This document shows positions 41,230-56,674 of a stretch of 64,000 nt of DNA, one piece after another (the stretch's first letter is position 1; the number at the start of each line of letters is the position of its first letter). The DNA comes from Octopus vulgaris (taxonomy: Eukaryota): positions 10,044,001 through 10,108,000 of the forward strand of contig OX597831.1 of the NCBI GenBank assembly GCA_951406725.2, written 5' to 3'. Below the pieces are notes generated by a model, which saw only the letters and a list, made by a program, of their open reading frames with translations, was not told where the DNA came from and ran no database searches. A program made the translations under genes and the position numbers.

Positions 41230-44029
41230 ATACTTCTAGGTTTTGAAGTCACATGCTTGATAGTAGAGAGATTACTTTTGATGTTTAAAGCGGTTAATTG
41301 AATAAAATATGTTCACAGCATTAACTTGAAGTCACTTCCATCTACGTCGTAAATTATTTATTTTACATTTTCAAAGCAAGAAATTAAATTTGCAATAAAG
41401 AGAAATGTTTTTTTTTTTCTTTTTGAAAGCATTTACAGCTGTAATATTCTCTAAATTATCAAACTTGAGTAATTCGTTAATCCAATAATAATCTATATCA
41501 TGCATTGTACTGTAAACTATATTATTTCAGATTATCAACGTGCATGGTAGTGTTAATTAAATATCAATTATATTATTATATTTTTCGCTATTATTTGTCA
41601 CATGATGACGTTTCAAAAGTGTCAGGAAATAAAATATTGTGCTTTTTATATATTTCTCAATCGTATACGTTGTGTGTATGAAGTGAAATGACTTCAACCA
41701 GGTTGCAGTCTTGGTTCAGTGAGAAATTATTTCGTATTACTCGTCATTCACCCATTCTAGAAACTAATATTATACTTGATTTAGTTTTAGTTGAATCATA
41801 ACTTCTTACAAGAAAAGCATGAAATACCAAGAAAAACAAATTAAATCACGTTAAAGAAAGACAGAGAGAGAGACAGAGTCAATAAACAGAGGGACAGAGA
41901 GAGATAGAGGACAACTTTAGAGAGCAATTTGGATCTCCCCTCACAATGACGAAATTGAGATAAGCTTTACGTTTTATTTAATGAACCGTTGGATTAATTC
42001 TAGATTAAAATCTCTTTCACTATCTTGATATTAATTTTCAAATTTCTAAACTGAACACAATCAGACAGTGTTGCATTGTCTAGCAATTACTTCCAGTTGA
42101 TAAAGTATCACGCTTCTGTAATTATTTAAGCAGCTACTTAGATAATATATTGTTCCACCATTTCCCTGCAGGTCATACGCATAAATCATATCCACTTTTA
42201 GCATTAAATTCCATAAATAGCTAAAGGAAAACGATTGGAATTTTGAAATATTATAGCAAATAGTTTAATTCTTGAAAATTGATTGTTTGACTTCAGGTCA
42301 TTAGGATTATTGCTATCAACATTGTTAAGGGTTCCGCAGACTGCCTTTTACATCCCTTACCGTTCTTTTTTTACTTGCAATATTCCATTGTTTCTGGACG
42401 TAGACATTAGTTTTCAGAAATAACACTTATTTCAGAACAAACCGTTACTACACTCTAGTTGTATGATGATTGCAATTTTATATTTGTGCAGTTGTTGAAC
42501 TTAACTAAAGAGCTAATTAATTACTGTTTAATTAAAATAGATATTATACAAGAATTTTCTGTTCTATCTATAAACCAGAGCCAACCTATGGAATTGTAAA
42601 ATTATCAAGAATCAGATAAATTGGTATTATTTCATCTTATATCTACCCATCACCTGTCTGCTTATTACACCGTTATGTCTTTGCAATTCTTATTTTCAAT
42701 GTACGATATCGTAAACTGAAATAATTAATCAATTATCGTACGTGCAAACGTAGATTTGCTATGTGGATGACAATCAACGCCGTTTTACAAAACATTTAAA
42801 TTTCGATCATGAAACTCTGTTATCACCGAGATGCTAAACTAAACTACTTACTTTATCAGAAATATATTAATGCTTGTAAAATTCTTACTGATTCAGCTGG
42901 AAACTTGAAACTGAATTATAAAATGTTGATGAATGTAGTTTAGAAAGATAAATTGATGAGCAGCAAAAGAAATTCATTTCCTTCGTACTATATTATTCAG
43001 ATATTTCATCCGCTTGTCCTACCATGTGTCAGATGTTTTGGATAGCTTTACAAGTGGCTTGCTTTTCTATGGCTACCAGCGACTATGGCTGCTAGACTAT
43101 AATTGCATAATGACAGAGAATCGAATCTCACTGTTGCTTCAGTTAACAGGCGGATTGATCCTATTCTAGATAAGAACTTATTGGCATGTTCTCAAAGGAG
43201 CAACAATAATCAGAAAGAGGATGTGAATCGCGAAGCTCTGGTCTGGTTGATTCTAATCATTATTCTTGCCAATTCTTTCTTGATTAAGTTGACCAACCTG
43301 TTTTGGGAATGTACTTAACGTGGCTATTGACGCATTAGAATAATTATTATATAAAAGAATCTATTTATTTGCATTTGTACTATCATTTAATATACATTAA
43401 AATTTTCCTTCAGAGAGTTGAAAAATTGAAAAGAGATTATGAACTTAAGCGTTCCTCTTAACGATCGCTCTAAGCAACGATTTAAAATTTGGACTATTTC
43501 TTTTTATATCCCAACCAGCGAAGTGAATTGAGTTTTCTACCAAGAGTTACTTGAAGGACTACCGTTTCAACATCTAATATTATGAATAATGTAAAATTTA
43601 ATATCCCACAAATAAACAAAAGTGATTCACCATACAATACATAAAAACACCCCTAATCTTTTGCAGGTTTTGCTCATATCTTTCGAGTAAGAGGACAACC
43701 ATCTTGTAGACATCATCGACGACTTCGAAGCAAACACCTTTTTCGGGGATTGTAACCCAAGTTGAAACCTCCAGTGCAGAAACATACCAAATATGTTGCT
43801 CTGCTTATGTCACCACAACGTATATACATTTATGACAAACTCGTCGACATTCCGAAGACCCTTCGTGATTTATTTACATCTAGTTTTACACACTGTCAAA
43901 TCCTTTCTTTTTTTCTGTGCAGATTTAATTAATCTTTCAGAATTTTCGTGGCTAACCCTGATACATCTACATACAGTGTAACACTTTTGCACCTATCTTC
44001 TTGTCTGACGTTTCCACTGTTCCCAAACG

Positions 44030-44330
44030 CCAGGTTCTGATGGGTTTTTACCGATACCTTACCAAACCAACAATGGAGTGTTACCTACAGACTATTTTCT
44101 TACCTTATCACTCATTGTTTACATGAATGATGTTGACTAACTACTACAGACATAGACTTGCAAATGTTCCAGAGGAACGTAAACTAGTTTGGTGTGACTG
44201 GTTTCACATCTGCTATGACGGAAACAAGTAGCATTCCATCGAATTTCATTGGTTCTTGGGGTTGCATCATGCAATTACGAAAGATCCGTGGTCGTATAAG
44301 GGAATCACTCCTGAGACATCAGAATCTAAT
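44030..44330 (+). mobile_element. Degenerate LINE RT remnant
   Basis: NNGVL...LSLIVYMNDV resembles SGVPQGSVLGP.LF.IYINDL, followed by DLQ...W; stops present. Confidence 0.3.
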
Positions 44331-44999
44331 ACTAGTTTAGTTATGCTCTGAGAAATATCTCTGCACTGCAGACACACGCCACTAACTTACGGTCACAGAT
44401 GGCTAATTCATAGATGCGTCACAACTGACGTTAAAACTTAAAATTTAATGCAATAAAGAAATGCCATCAATTCTTTGAAATTGCATGGCGTTTATTCAGA
44501 AATATCCAGAATTGGATTTCCGATAAAACCATCATCCCAAAAGCGAAGACACGCAATTACCCCTCCTCTCATTCTTTTTGAAACAATGGTAGTTCTATAA
44601 ACAGTAATACCACGGAATAAACCTCTACATGGTCACCTCATTTCAATTTTAGATTCACAATACATACATTAAGAATATACACTTCAAACGTAACCTTCCC
44701 ATTACAACACGATACCCACCATGTACGTAAAATATGAAGAGGGAACGTGCCTTCAGCTCAACATGGTAGTCAGCTCTGAATATCGTCCAGTCATTTCCAT
44801 CAAACACTATATACCAAAAACTAACCCTTATATTAGAAAAACGAAATGCAGTTAACCCATGCATTGAAAAGTACATTATGAGTAGGATAATATTGTCGTA
44901 TTTACTTGTGGACATCCAACAGCATTTAGCTTCTTTGTCCAGCTCAAACATCTTCTTGACACCAATTAATACTATTCTTTTCTTCACTTTAATATTTTG

Positions 45000-45195
45000 G
45001 CACAAGAACAGCAATTGCGTGGAGGGGTAAGTCGATTACATCGACATCTGTACCCACAGGTACTAATTGTATCGATTCCGAAGGGATTAAAGACAGAGTC
45101 GACCTCGGCAGAATTTGACCTAGCAACGTAAAGACGAACGAAAGAGCGCAAAAGCATTTTGTCTGCTATGTTAACGAATCGGCTTGTTTGTTGCC
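45000..45195 (-). mobile_element. Diverged SINE family B-related copy
   Basis: GTCGATTACATCGAC...GTCGACCTCGGCAGAATTTGA. Confidence 0.7.
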
Positions 45196-45900
45196 TCGTC
45201 TGTTCGTAAAAGTGTATCTTATTTAGATAAAGTAAACGAACGCCATCACTTTGCAGCGGTATTTTGAAGATTATTCAAAAGCCCATGTCTGATAAAAATA
45301 TGAAATCATCAAAATCTATCATAATTTATTTTAGCTAATTTTAGTGTTCCCTGTAACACAAGCTCATGAAATCCGTGTAAATATAACTGTTCCATCGAAG
45401 AATGAAATTGATGCCCACCTTGTAAACCTTTGTGCAGCTATCATGCTGCTACCTGTAGGGCTTATAAATGATTTATTCTGATATGAATATCAATCATGTT
45501 TCTAGCATTGATTGAACAATTTTCAGAAGATGAGAAGACGTTTTGATCGTTTAAATATGTAAGAGTGAATCAAACGTGGCGAGTATATGATTTCTGAATA
45601 TCTGTAATTGGAACTAAACCCTAAATAATGTTGGGCATTCAATCTAGTACTATAAACACATTCCAACTTCACAGAGTTTCTTTCTTTCTTTCTTTGAGAA
45701 AACTAGTTTAACCTGAGTGGCATTTTCTTTGCATTATGGGTGCTACAATCAAACCTGCCATACATAATGTGACAATGTTTCCATTTTTGATGGAATCAAC
45801 CAAATTTCGCCTTTGTAGCAAAATCAATGTTCTTTTGATGTTGATCCTTTTCTGCTTAAATTGCAGTTCGCTCACTTTCTAATTCTCTTCTGCCTGTCTG

Positions 45901-45956
<56 letters not shown>

Positions 45957-46170
45957 GCTTCTGTCACTCTGTCTCTCTCCTTACCTTTCTCCTTCGTACA
46001 TTATGCAGACTTCCTTCATCTCTTTGGAGATTTGTATCGACATTTGTGTACTTTCTCTTACATCTCTGAAATTATGCCCAGAGAATACTTATATGTTGCT
46101 TGAGCTAGTTACTATTATGTTTGGTCTTTCAAAAGCTCTTGTTCCAAATCTGGTCGCTCTTTTAGTTGAG

Positions 46171-46233
<63 letters not shown>

Positions 46234-47149
46234 ATTTTTTAACAATTACATCTGCTCCATTGTTCCATTATCTATTAGTATAATAAACGAAAGATGCAGA
46301 AAACAAAGTGCTTTGGCTTCGATACCAACTTCTGTCAATAATTTGTTACCATAGTTCTAACAATTTCAATAGCAGCATAAAATACATAATTCCGCTCAAC
46401 AAAAAGGGTGTAATTATGCAAGACCCTTTGAAGCTCATAAACAAACCGTAATAATAATAGTTTCCACTTAAGCAACAAAGTATATATTCATGAATGTGGT
46501 AATGAAAATACGTGACAAGTGAGACAAGAGCGAAAATTCTTTCATTCTTCAAACATTACATGCAATAATAAGCTTTATATTGTACACATGAATATATGGC
46601 AAACCGTTTGAGTTGTTTCAGTGTGAGTTCAACGACTTACGCTACTTGATCTGAGTTCAAATTCTTCTCTGGTCAATAATGTCACTTACACTTTTCCGGT
46701 TAGGTTAAACGCAAGGCGGAAAGTGTTGTGTCAGATATTTTTGCTCCTTATGGTCTGATACCAACGCATTTGACGGAGAATGTTGAGATGAACGGAAACT
46801 TAGAAATCCCTCGGAGAGCATCGCTAAAAAGGAGATACGCCACTACCTTGCCAACATCTGCTGCATGGGGAAAAAGTCTCTGAATGGAGACATGCGAAGT
46901 ACCAGTACGTAAATACATGCCTACGTCCATACATGTATATGCGTGTGTGTGCAAACACCAGGAATGAGGATAGAGAAAAAGGAAAGAAAGAGAGAGAGAG
47001 AGAGGGGGACAGAGGGAGAGAGGGACAAAGATAGACAGAGACACCTGAGATTTGATTTCGAGTAATTTGCTGTACTATTTAAACATGAATAACAAGGATG
47101 TGACTTTTCATTACTGCTAGGGAACTACGTACGTTTTCAAAGATGATGC

Positions 47150-47400
47150 AATGGTAGGTGACTCTTGATACGGCTGTTCACCAATTTTACCACTTCACGA
47201 GGACACACAACTTCATTCAATCATGGAATTTCTGAAAGAGCGATTTGGCTTTTATTTGTTCATGTGGCTAAACATATAAAGCGTGAGACGTAATAGGATT
47301 ATTAAAAATCAAGTTTTGTGCTTGCCTGAACCATTCTAAACGGAAGAAAGGCTTTGCGCTGAGACAATATCCAATTCTTCGGATAATATACGCCCTCGTT
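47150..47400 (-). mobile_element. Possible pogo/Tigger transposase remnant
   Basis: Minus-strand peptides LEWFRQA and IKAKSL resemble the CENP-B-type HTH region; heavily decayed. Confidence 0.25.
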
Positions 47401-47476
47401 CAAATACCAGGAGCTGGTGTACATCATTGGATGCAACCGAAGCCACAGGCATTACACCCTTCGCATATACATACAT

Positions 47477-47521
<45 letters not shown>

Positions 47522-48358
47522 GAGAGAGAGAGAGATAGAAGGAAAACATAGAGAAGAAAATGAGCCTAAATAGATGTAATTACTGATTCATTTGCATGTT
47601 TTTTTAAAAGAGTACGAGCCACTATATGCTTTGTATTTCTTATCCTATTCTCGTTAACCTCTCAACTGCATTCAAGTGAGCACTTACAAGCCCTCATCAA
47701 TGACGGTCGATAGGTAAGCCCGGCTGAACAAGCATTACATCGATTTTTTTCAAATGTCTATCCACCCTGATTCATGTCAACATATTTCTCAATTAGAATT
47801 ATCCATGTAATTTAGATTTATTGTAAATCAATTTATTTGTTTACTAATTATAATATTTTGTATATGTGTGTAGTATACCCACAATTATTGAAAGCCTACC
47901 AATCAAATAGAGTCACTAAACATAGTTTTTAAATTTAACCTGTTAACACTGCACACTTAATGATCGCCTAAGTGGAGTTAGCTCTCATTGAACCCTGAAG
48001 CCGTCCAACCATCAAATAGTATGAATGTGGCAATTTCCTTGATATTTAACACCATGTTTCGGATATTCCCATTTAGTTGCTAGCTTGACAGAATCATACA
48101 TATAGGCTTTTCATACGTTTTTTCTTAACCTTTCCAATTTATTTGTATTTTTTTTAAAATACATCATTCGAAAAAAGATCATTAATTACATTCATTTATT
48201 CTCCATTTTCTTCTCCTTGTTTTTCCCCCAATATTTTTTTTAAATTCCAAATATCCTAAACACATACAAATGATCTTACGATTATATGATACGGATAGAA
48301 GCAGTGGAATAACTTGGATTATCTAATACCCAATGAGAACATAACTTCCTCGATATAC

Positions 48359-48396
<38 letters not shown>

Positions 48397-48736
48397 AATA
48401 TATGGTCTAACGCGCTACACGTCTCGATTTAACTTAGGTGTCTCGCTGATGAAACCGACCTTAGCATACATATTCTGTTTGTTTTGCTAGAAAGAGGTAG
48501 AAACTGATCAGTCCGAGATGTATCGTTAATGGTAAATGTTTTTGATTTTCACTCTATCCTTTTTTTGTGCCCCTAGCACTTGGCATCCTTATTTAGGAGC
48601 CCTTAATTATATTTGTATATGCATAATATCTTTCTGTATGAATAATATTTTGTCTAATGACTAATTCGTCTTTTGTGCCGGGCCACGGGTAGTAATCCAT
48701 ATTATTACCCTTTGTTTGTATATATATGTATGTATA

Positions 48737-48799
<63 letters not shown>

Positions 48800-49409
48800 T
48801 GTCATCAATTAGGCTACAGTTAGCAAGCCTGGACTCACGCAAGACTCTAAGAATTCCAACAAAACCCGATACAATCAAAACGGTTTAAGTGATGTATTTT
48901 CTGCATACTTTTTCCTAGATATTTGTTTTTTTTTTAAGTTTAAATCTATTTTACTAATGAAATATGTGACAGTAATATTTTTTGTTCGAACTCGTGTCTT
49001 CCACAAAACCAAAAATGACTGAATAATCCATAGGGATAATGGAGCACTTCACCTTAACTTTCCGGTAAACCTTTCTAGAATTTTCTCCTCTTCTATCTTT
49101 TCTTTCATCCATCAGCCTACACATATGTACAATATAAACATCAATGTCATCGATCTCTCATGTCCTGAAGCGTATTCAAGGATTACTGGCGCCTGACTGT
49201 ATCTCAATTGCTTCTACCTGCGACAATAAGCGAAACACAAAAGAGTTGGATTCGAGTTGACTTTAGAACGGCGAGAGCAGATTCGGTTTCATGAGTTAAT
49301 ATTTGCTCTATACAACTTACTATACAACCTAAACAACTGCCCCCTCTCATTACAGCAATGATATCGATATTAGCAGCTATCAATACCACCGACATAATCA
49401 TCAACAAAG

Positions 49410-49535
49410 CTACCACCACTACCACCACCACCACCACTACCACCACCACCACCACCACCACCAGCTAAACCGTCACCGCTACCGCCACCGCCGGCACCAC
49501 CGCAAACGACAACAACAACAATAACAACAATAATG

Positions 49536-49578
<43 letters not shown>

Positions 49579-49625
49579 TAATAACAATAATAATAATAAT
49601 GATAATAATAATGATGATGATGATG

Positions 49626-49680
<55 letters not shown>

Positions 49681-49727
49681 TAATAACAATAATAATGATA
49701 ATGATAATAATAATGATGATGATGATG

Positions 49728-49776
<49 letters not shown>

Positions 49777-49831
49777 CAACAACAACAATAATAATAACAA
49801 TAATAATGATAATAATAATAATGATAACAAC

Positions 49832-49868
<37 letters not shown>

Positions 49869-50017
49869 CCAATAACAATAATAATGATAATGATAATAAT
49901 AATGATGATGATTACATTGACAACAATAATAATCAACTAATAATACTAATAATTCTATCGAACCCGAAACTGAAACGCATGGTCCATCTCCACCGGCGGA
50001 TAATAATAACTGAACTG

Positions 50018-50072
<55 letters not shown>

Positions 50073-50172
50073 TAATAATAATAATAATGATGATGATGAT
50101 GATAATAATAATAATAATAATAATAATAATAGTAATAATAATAATAATAACGATAATAATAATAATAATAAT
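49410..50172. repeat. Compound trinucleotide microsatellite (ACC)n/(AAC)n/(AAT)n/(GAT)n
   Basis: Direct inspection; source of the poly-I/L/Y ORFs. Confidence 0.95.
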
Positions 50173-50216
50173 AGTACAAAATATGACGCTGCTGTGCTAT
50201 AGTTGCAGGAGAGGGT

Positions 50217-50249
<33 letters not shown>

Positions 50250-50348
50250 AGAGAGGTAGAGAGAGAAAGAGTGAGAGACAGACAGACAGAGTTAGAGACA
50301 TAGACAGAGACAGAGAGAGAAGACATGGTACGAACCGACACCACAGAG

Positions 50349-50527
50349 ACCTGTGAAATCACTTGGAATTTCCATTTCCCAATCCAAACGGATCAGGCGT
50401 TTGAGTATAACAATCCGGACCCAGTGATAGTGGACAAGGTGAAACACGCGCTCTATAATTGGTGATGCGTGCCACTGTGACCCTTGGATAATTGAGAAAG
50501 AAGACGAAAAGATAAATTTATATATAT

Positions 50528-50598
<71 letters not shown>

Positions 50599-50690
50599 CT
50601 TGGGGAGAGAACAGAAGGTATTTAGACGAAAACAAAGGAAATGGGAATAGAGTGACCTGGATGAGCTGTTACAAAAAATGGCCTCCGAGA
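50349..50690 (+). mobile_element. Old R4/Dong-type RLE fragment split by a (GA)n tract
   Basis: EITWNFHFPIQTDQAFEYNNPDPVIVDK and, after the microsatellite, LLQKMA. Confidence 0.55.
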
Positions 50691-50923
50691 CACGTCCAAA
50701 ATGATCAAGAGAATATTCGATAGCTGCTGACAACAGATAACATGGTACCCTAGGCTGCAGGTTGCAAGGCTGCGACTCATACAAGACTTCAGTAATTTCA
50801 ATAAAACCAGGGTTACTTGAATAATAATTATATTAAGAATAACGATGTTGATGATAATAATAATAATAATGATGACGACCGCGGTGATTATGTAGACGAT
50901 GAAGTGGAGGGAAATAATAATGA

Positions 50924-50955
<32 letters not shown>

Positions 50956-51008
50956 TTACTACTACTACTACTACTACTACTGCTACTACTACTACTACTA
51001 CTACTACT

Positions 51009-51704
<696 letters not shown>

Positions 51705-52155
51705 AATGAGTTGGATAGTATGTCTTCTTCAAAGGAATCGAATTGATTCGAGAGCATGCTGTGCAAAAGATATGCCAGACAGAATATATTTAGAATACGA
51801 CCATCTTGATAAGTCTTGCATTAGCACGGTAAAAGGTTTGTTAATTAAATCATGACAATACATACAATGCAAATGGTCGTAAATAATACATGACATTTAC
51901 AAGAGTGTAATTGCTGCGTAATATAAAGTTGATAACGATTAGAATAACATCAAATAATGGTAATGATAATGATGATGATGATTACCATCATCAGTTTCAG
52001 GACAGAAGGAATCTTGTCATAATTTCATTATTATTTTCCTCGTCGTTGTTGTCATCGTTGTCGTCGTCGCCGTCGCCGTAGTTGTCATCATCGTCGTCGC
52101 CATCATCATCATCATCATCATCATCATCGTCATCATGAACATCCACATGGTTATA

Positions 52156-52390
52156 CCTATTTCTTTACTACCCATAAGGGGCTAAACAGAGAGAGGACAA
52201 ACAAGGACAGAGAAACGGATTAAGTCGATTACATCGACCCCAGTGCGAAACTGGTACTTAATTTATCGACCCCGAAAGGATGAAAGGCAATGTCGACCTC
52301 GGCCTAATTTGAACTCAGAACGTAGCGGCAGACGAAATATGGCTACGCATTTCGCCCAGCGTGCTAACGTTTCTGCCAGCTCGCCGCCTT
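52156..52390 (-). mobile_element. SINE family B with 14-bp TSD
   Basis: CACATGGTTATACC / CACATGATTATACC flanks. Confidence 0.9.
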
Positions 52391-52609
52391 ATCACATGAT
52401 TATACCGATGAGGATAATAATGTTGGTGACGTGCCTCACAGAACTTTAAGATAATGATGAGTTTGAAGATGATGCAGTCATTTGCGATGTCTTATGGAAA
52501 TCTTTTCGAAACAGACTGAGATTTTCCTCAGATATAGCGACTTTCAAAGAAAAGGGGAGATAATTCTAGACATAAATAATTCCGCAGAAAATTGAATGTT
52601 TATCATTAT

Positions 52610-52843
52610 ATATTTCTTTACTATCCCCAAGTGGCTAAACATAGAAGGGACAAATAAGGACAGACAAACAGATTAAGTCGATTACATCGACCCCAGTGCG
52701 TAACTGGTGTTTAAGTTATCGACCTCGAAAGGATGAAAGGCAAAGTCGACCTCGGCGGAAATTGAACTCAGAACGTAACGGCAGACGAAATACGGCTGCG
52801 CATTTCGCCCTTCGTGCTAACGTTTCTGCCAGCTCGTCACCTT
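52610..52843 (-). mobile_element. SINE family B with 12-bp TSD
   Basis: GTTTATCATTAT on both sides. Confidence 0.9.
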
Positions 52844-53308
52844 AAAAGTTTATCATTATGGTACCAATCAAACTTTTGTTAGCAAGCAAACTAAAGGACA
52901 AAGAAGAGTTCTAATGTTATTGCAGGTTACCAAATGAAATATTCAATTCAAGCCTGCTTTCATCAGTAGACAGAGGTGGTTACAGGTAGAAGAGTCATTA
53001 GAAGTCATTTGTTCAATATCAGTTGCACACTTTGATAAGTTTAATGAAGAGAAGGAACATAATTCAAATAACATCGTGGAATAAATGCACCGTGTTATTT
53101 GAATTCAGGTCAGTGTGATGTAGAATCAAAAATTCTACGTGAATTGAAGTTATTCTGTCTTTGACAGATAGAAACGCGAATGTTGATTGATTCTAAAGCA
53201 AACAAACAAATAGAGACGTTTTTTTAAAGAAATTAAACATTAATTCAACAGAAAAGTCATTAAAAAAATTATTCTGAAGAAATCTCATGTTATTGAACAG
53301 AAACTGGA

Positions 53309-53685
53309 AGTGGAGGCGCAATGGCCCAGTGGTTAGGGCAGCGGACTCGCGGTCTGAGGATCACGGTTTCGATTCCCAGACTGGGCATTGTGTGTGTTTA
53401 TTGAGCGAAAGCACCTCAAGCTCCACGAAGCTCCGACAGAGGGTGGTGGCGACCCCTGTTGAACTCTTTCGCTCCAACTTTCTCTCACTCTCTCTTCCTG
53501 TTTCTTATCCCCGACTTCCTACGCAACCGCTGAGCCTGGATGCACATTCATCCATCCGTCGATGCTCTCGGTGTCGGGGGTTGAGCTGTTTTCTCTTCTG
53601 CGTGTCTTACGAATAGCAAAGGACCACGTTTCGAACTTCTCCGACTACATGAGACGGAGACAGCTTCACTCAACAGCAACAGCAG
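53309..53685 (+). mobile_element. SINE family C head with a different 3' half, ending in CAA/CAG repeats
   Basis: First ~195 nt match 29963 onward, then diverge completely. Confidence 0.8.
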
Positions 53686-54149
53686 AAACTGGACAAGTAT
53701 AGACATTGCGTTAAATATTTCTGGTCGCTAGAATTTCCATATTAACAAAAGAAAAAGTATTGTGAAATATTAAGAAAGAAATGTGGTATATAATCATGGA
53801 TAACATTGCAGGTGTAGTGCATGAATAGAAATTACTAATTTTAACATCCACATACATTAGACGACACAACTAAAAACAATTTCAGAACAATTTCGAAGAC
53901 ATCGACCTGATGAAATGATTAATAATCCGTAAACCTCTCAGTCATATGATGCAAAAACATTAATAATGTCCTCGCATTACATTTGAATGAAGGCCTCCAT
54001 ATTTTTTGAATAATTGAATGATTTTTGAAGGCGAAAATAATCATATAAAAACTAATCAAAATCAGGAGTGAATTACTGAATCACATTCAGGAAGTTTGGT
54101 CGAATTCATCATAACAATCATATCGTCTTTCAATTCTCCAATATTTATC

Positions 54150-54620
54150 TAAGTGACAAATTTATTGAAGTGAAATATCCTGCCACTATTCTTTGTAACT
54201 CTTTGGATTGTTCCACCAATCCAATTGACTGTTTCACTCTCATCCATTTACCTGTCAAATCTCTTCACAATTTCTCACCACAATCACAACTGTCTTCAGT
54301 CATCCAAGCATTTATACTACAACCATTCCTCAAACCATATTCAATCAAGATGGATCCCATAGGTGAAACTTGTGGAATCAGTGTTCGACGTTATTATGCA
54401 TTTACCCCAATTAGTGACTAGTCCAACTGAAATTCTTCACAGGGTTTACGAATAAACCATTCCTAATATAGCAAATAATATATTTACAGACGTTAATAAG
54501 TGACTTACAACATATCCAGCATTAACAAGATTATCAAGACACCCTGAGAGAAACAAAGCTGTCGATTGTTTTGTTACTGTGGATTGTATAGTACCTCGTC
54601 GGTGTTGACTTGGGCTACTT
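54150..54620 (-). mobile_element. Degenerate LINE RT remnant
   Basis: KQSTA...LD...A..VVSHLL and LIPQVSPMGSIL (GVPQGS-like) occur in order; many stops. Confidence 0.35.
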
Positions 54621-54705
54621 AAATACGAATCAATAACTAATAACACCTAATAGCATCATACACATACAAACACATGTTTGACATCAGCAAAGACTAATTA
54701 AAAGG

Positions 54706-54985
54706 ATCACTCCCGCCGGTTACGACGACGGGAATCCCAGCTGATACGATCAACCTAACATCTCGCCTTTTAAATTAACGTGCAAGTGGCTGAGCACTCC
54801 ACAGACGCGTGTAGCGTTAACGTAGTTCCCAGGGAGATTCAGCGTGACAATGCTGGCTCTTTTAAATTCAGGAACAAGTCATTTTCTCCAGCTGAGTGGA
54901 CTGGAGCAACGTGAAATAAGGTGCCTTGCTCAAGGATCGCCGGGAATTGAACTCATGACCTTACAATCGTGCCACACGCCTTCAC
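54706..54985 (-). mobile_element. SINE with CORE-like body (TCCTTGAGCAAGGCAC) and family C 3' tail
   Basis: GCAAGTGGCTGAGCACTCCACAGAC and GGTTACGACGA match the tail of 29963-30348. Confidence 0.75.
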
Positions 54986-55100
54986 AAAGACTAGCTACTA
55001 GACTACTGACAGTCTAATATGTTAACATCACTAATCTTTTTTTCCTCAACTGCTTTAACGTTTCAATGTAAATAGCAACAATATATACTTCAGTACAGCA

Positions 55101-55331
55101 AGGCGGCGAGCTGGCAGAAACGTTAGCACGCCGGGCGAAATGCGTAGCCCTATTTCATCTGCCGTTACGTTCCGAGTTCAAATTCCGCCGAGGTCGTCTT
55201 TGCCTTTCATCCTTTCGGGGTCGATAATTTAAGTACCAGTTACGCACTGGGGTCGATGTAATCGACTTAATCCGTTTGTCTGTCCTTCTTTGTCTCCTCT
55301 GTTTTTAACCTCTTGTGGGTAGTAAATAAAT
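55101..55331 (+). mobile_element. SINE family B, full length, 20-bp TSD
   Basis: ATATATACTTCAGTACAGCA (55081-55100) / ATATATACTTCACTACAGCA (55332-55351). Confidence 0.92.
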
Positions 55332-55747
55332 ATATATACTTCACTACAGCATGCTAACGCCCACCCTGTTAATAGCTTGTAAGCTGTAGGTGCCCATGGG
55401 TGTTACTTCTACACATGCCATTCTAAGTTATTACGGCATTTTAGGTTCACACATTACATACCTAGATATAATTTACTAGGGATCTAAGATTTCCTGTAAA
55501 TTTATATCTAATTACCGAAGCCCGAAAATATTTAATACCCTGGCGTCTTTCTCTTTCTGCTACACATCAGATTTACTCCAATATTTAATTTTGTAATCTT
55601 TCATTTTCTCTTACTATAAATGTGCGATTTTCTTCTCTCCTTTGTTTTGAACAGAAATAATTATTCTGTAACTTTCATTAGCAAGACTAATTAGTAACTT
55701 TATTTAAGTCTACAGCATCAAGTAAGATAGCATCTACAATTCTGTTG

Positions 55748-55924
55748 AATTTTTATAGCGTGCTATCACTTCACTACCGAGCGCAGCCCTGTGTGCCTTG
55801 GGTATGTGTTGTGATTTGTTGTGGTGCTCTGCTGGTTACTGCATTGAAAGTGCTTTTCGTAGAATGTGCGCAGTGCCTAGTAGTGCAATTTTCTGTATGT
55901 TATATGTGTTTGTAAGTCCTGGTG

Positions 55925-55928
<4 letters not shown>
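55748..55928 (-). mobile_element. R4/Dong 3'-end fragment adjoining (TAA)n
   Basis: KTPGLTNTYNIQKIALLGTAHILRK plus a 3' UTR matching about 51400-51575. Confidence 0.9.
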
Positions 55929-55981
<53 letters not shown>

Positions 55982-56065
55982 TATTACTATTATTATTATT
56001 ATTATTACTATTATTACTATTATTATTATTATTAATATTATTATTATTAATATTATTATTATTAA

Positions 56066-56107
<42 letters not shown>

Positions 56108-56674
56108 CATCATTATTATTATTACTGAACACAAGGAGCCTACTTGATAAGTTGTACATAATTCTTTGCAGGGAAAAAGTATCATGCATGCATATGTACT
56201 CGATGCGCGCATAGACATACGTACACACTAACTTCTGAAATCACAAATGCATTCATATACGCATACATTAAAATACTTCCCACGAATTTACTTTCATTGC
56301 TTGAGGGTAAAAAATAATTTAAAAACAAATGATAAATATTTTTGGAAAGAGACAAACTGTTATCAGTACATATCAAGAGATAATATAAAGCACAAGGCAA
56401 GAATTCTTTGTTAATAATTGCCAAAAGTATGACACACGCGAAACAAATTTTCACATACTGTAAACTAGTAAAAGAACACTAATATACATACATTATAACA
56501 TAACCAGAACACAACCTCTTCCTTATTATATGTATATATACAACACCCAATCTTAAACATGTATTGATTACACAAATGACCTAATTACAACATTCAAAAC
56601 TATTCCAGCAGACTGACACAAAAAGTGATTTCATCATTTTGCTGTTTAGCAGAATGTTTTTCCCAGTTATGTTA

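Noticed and set aside
48410-48470. CTGATGA near (TA)n as another hammerhead
   Set aside because: No downstream stem II-GAAA and no consistent stem I or III.
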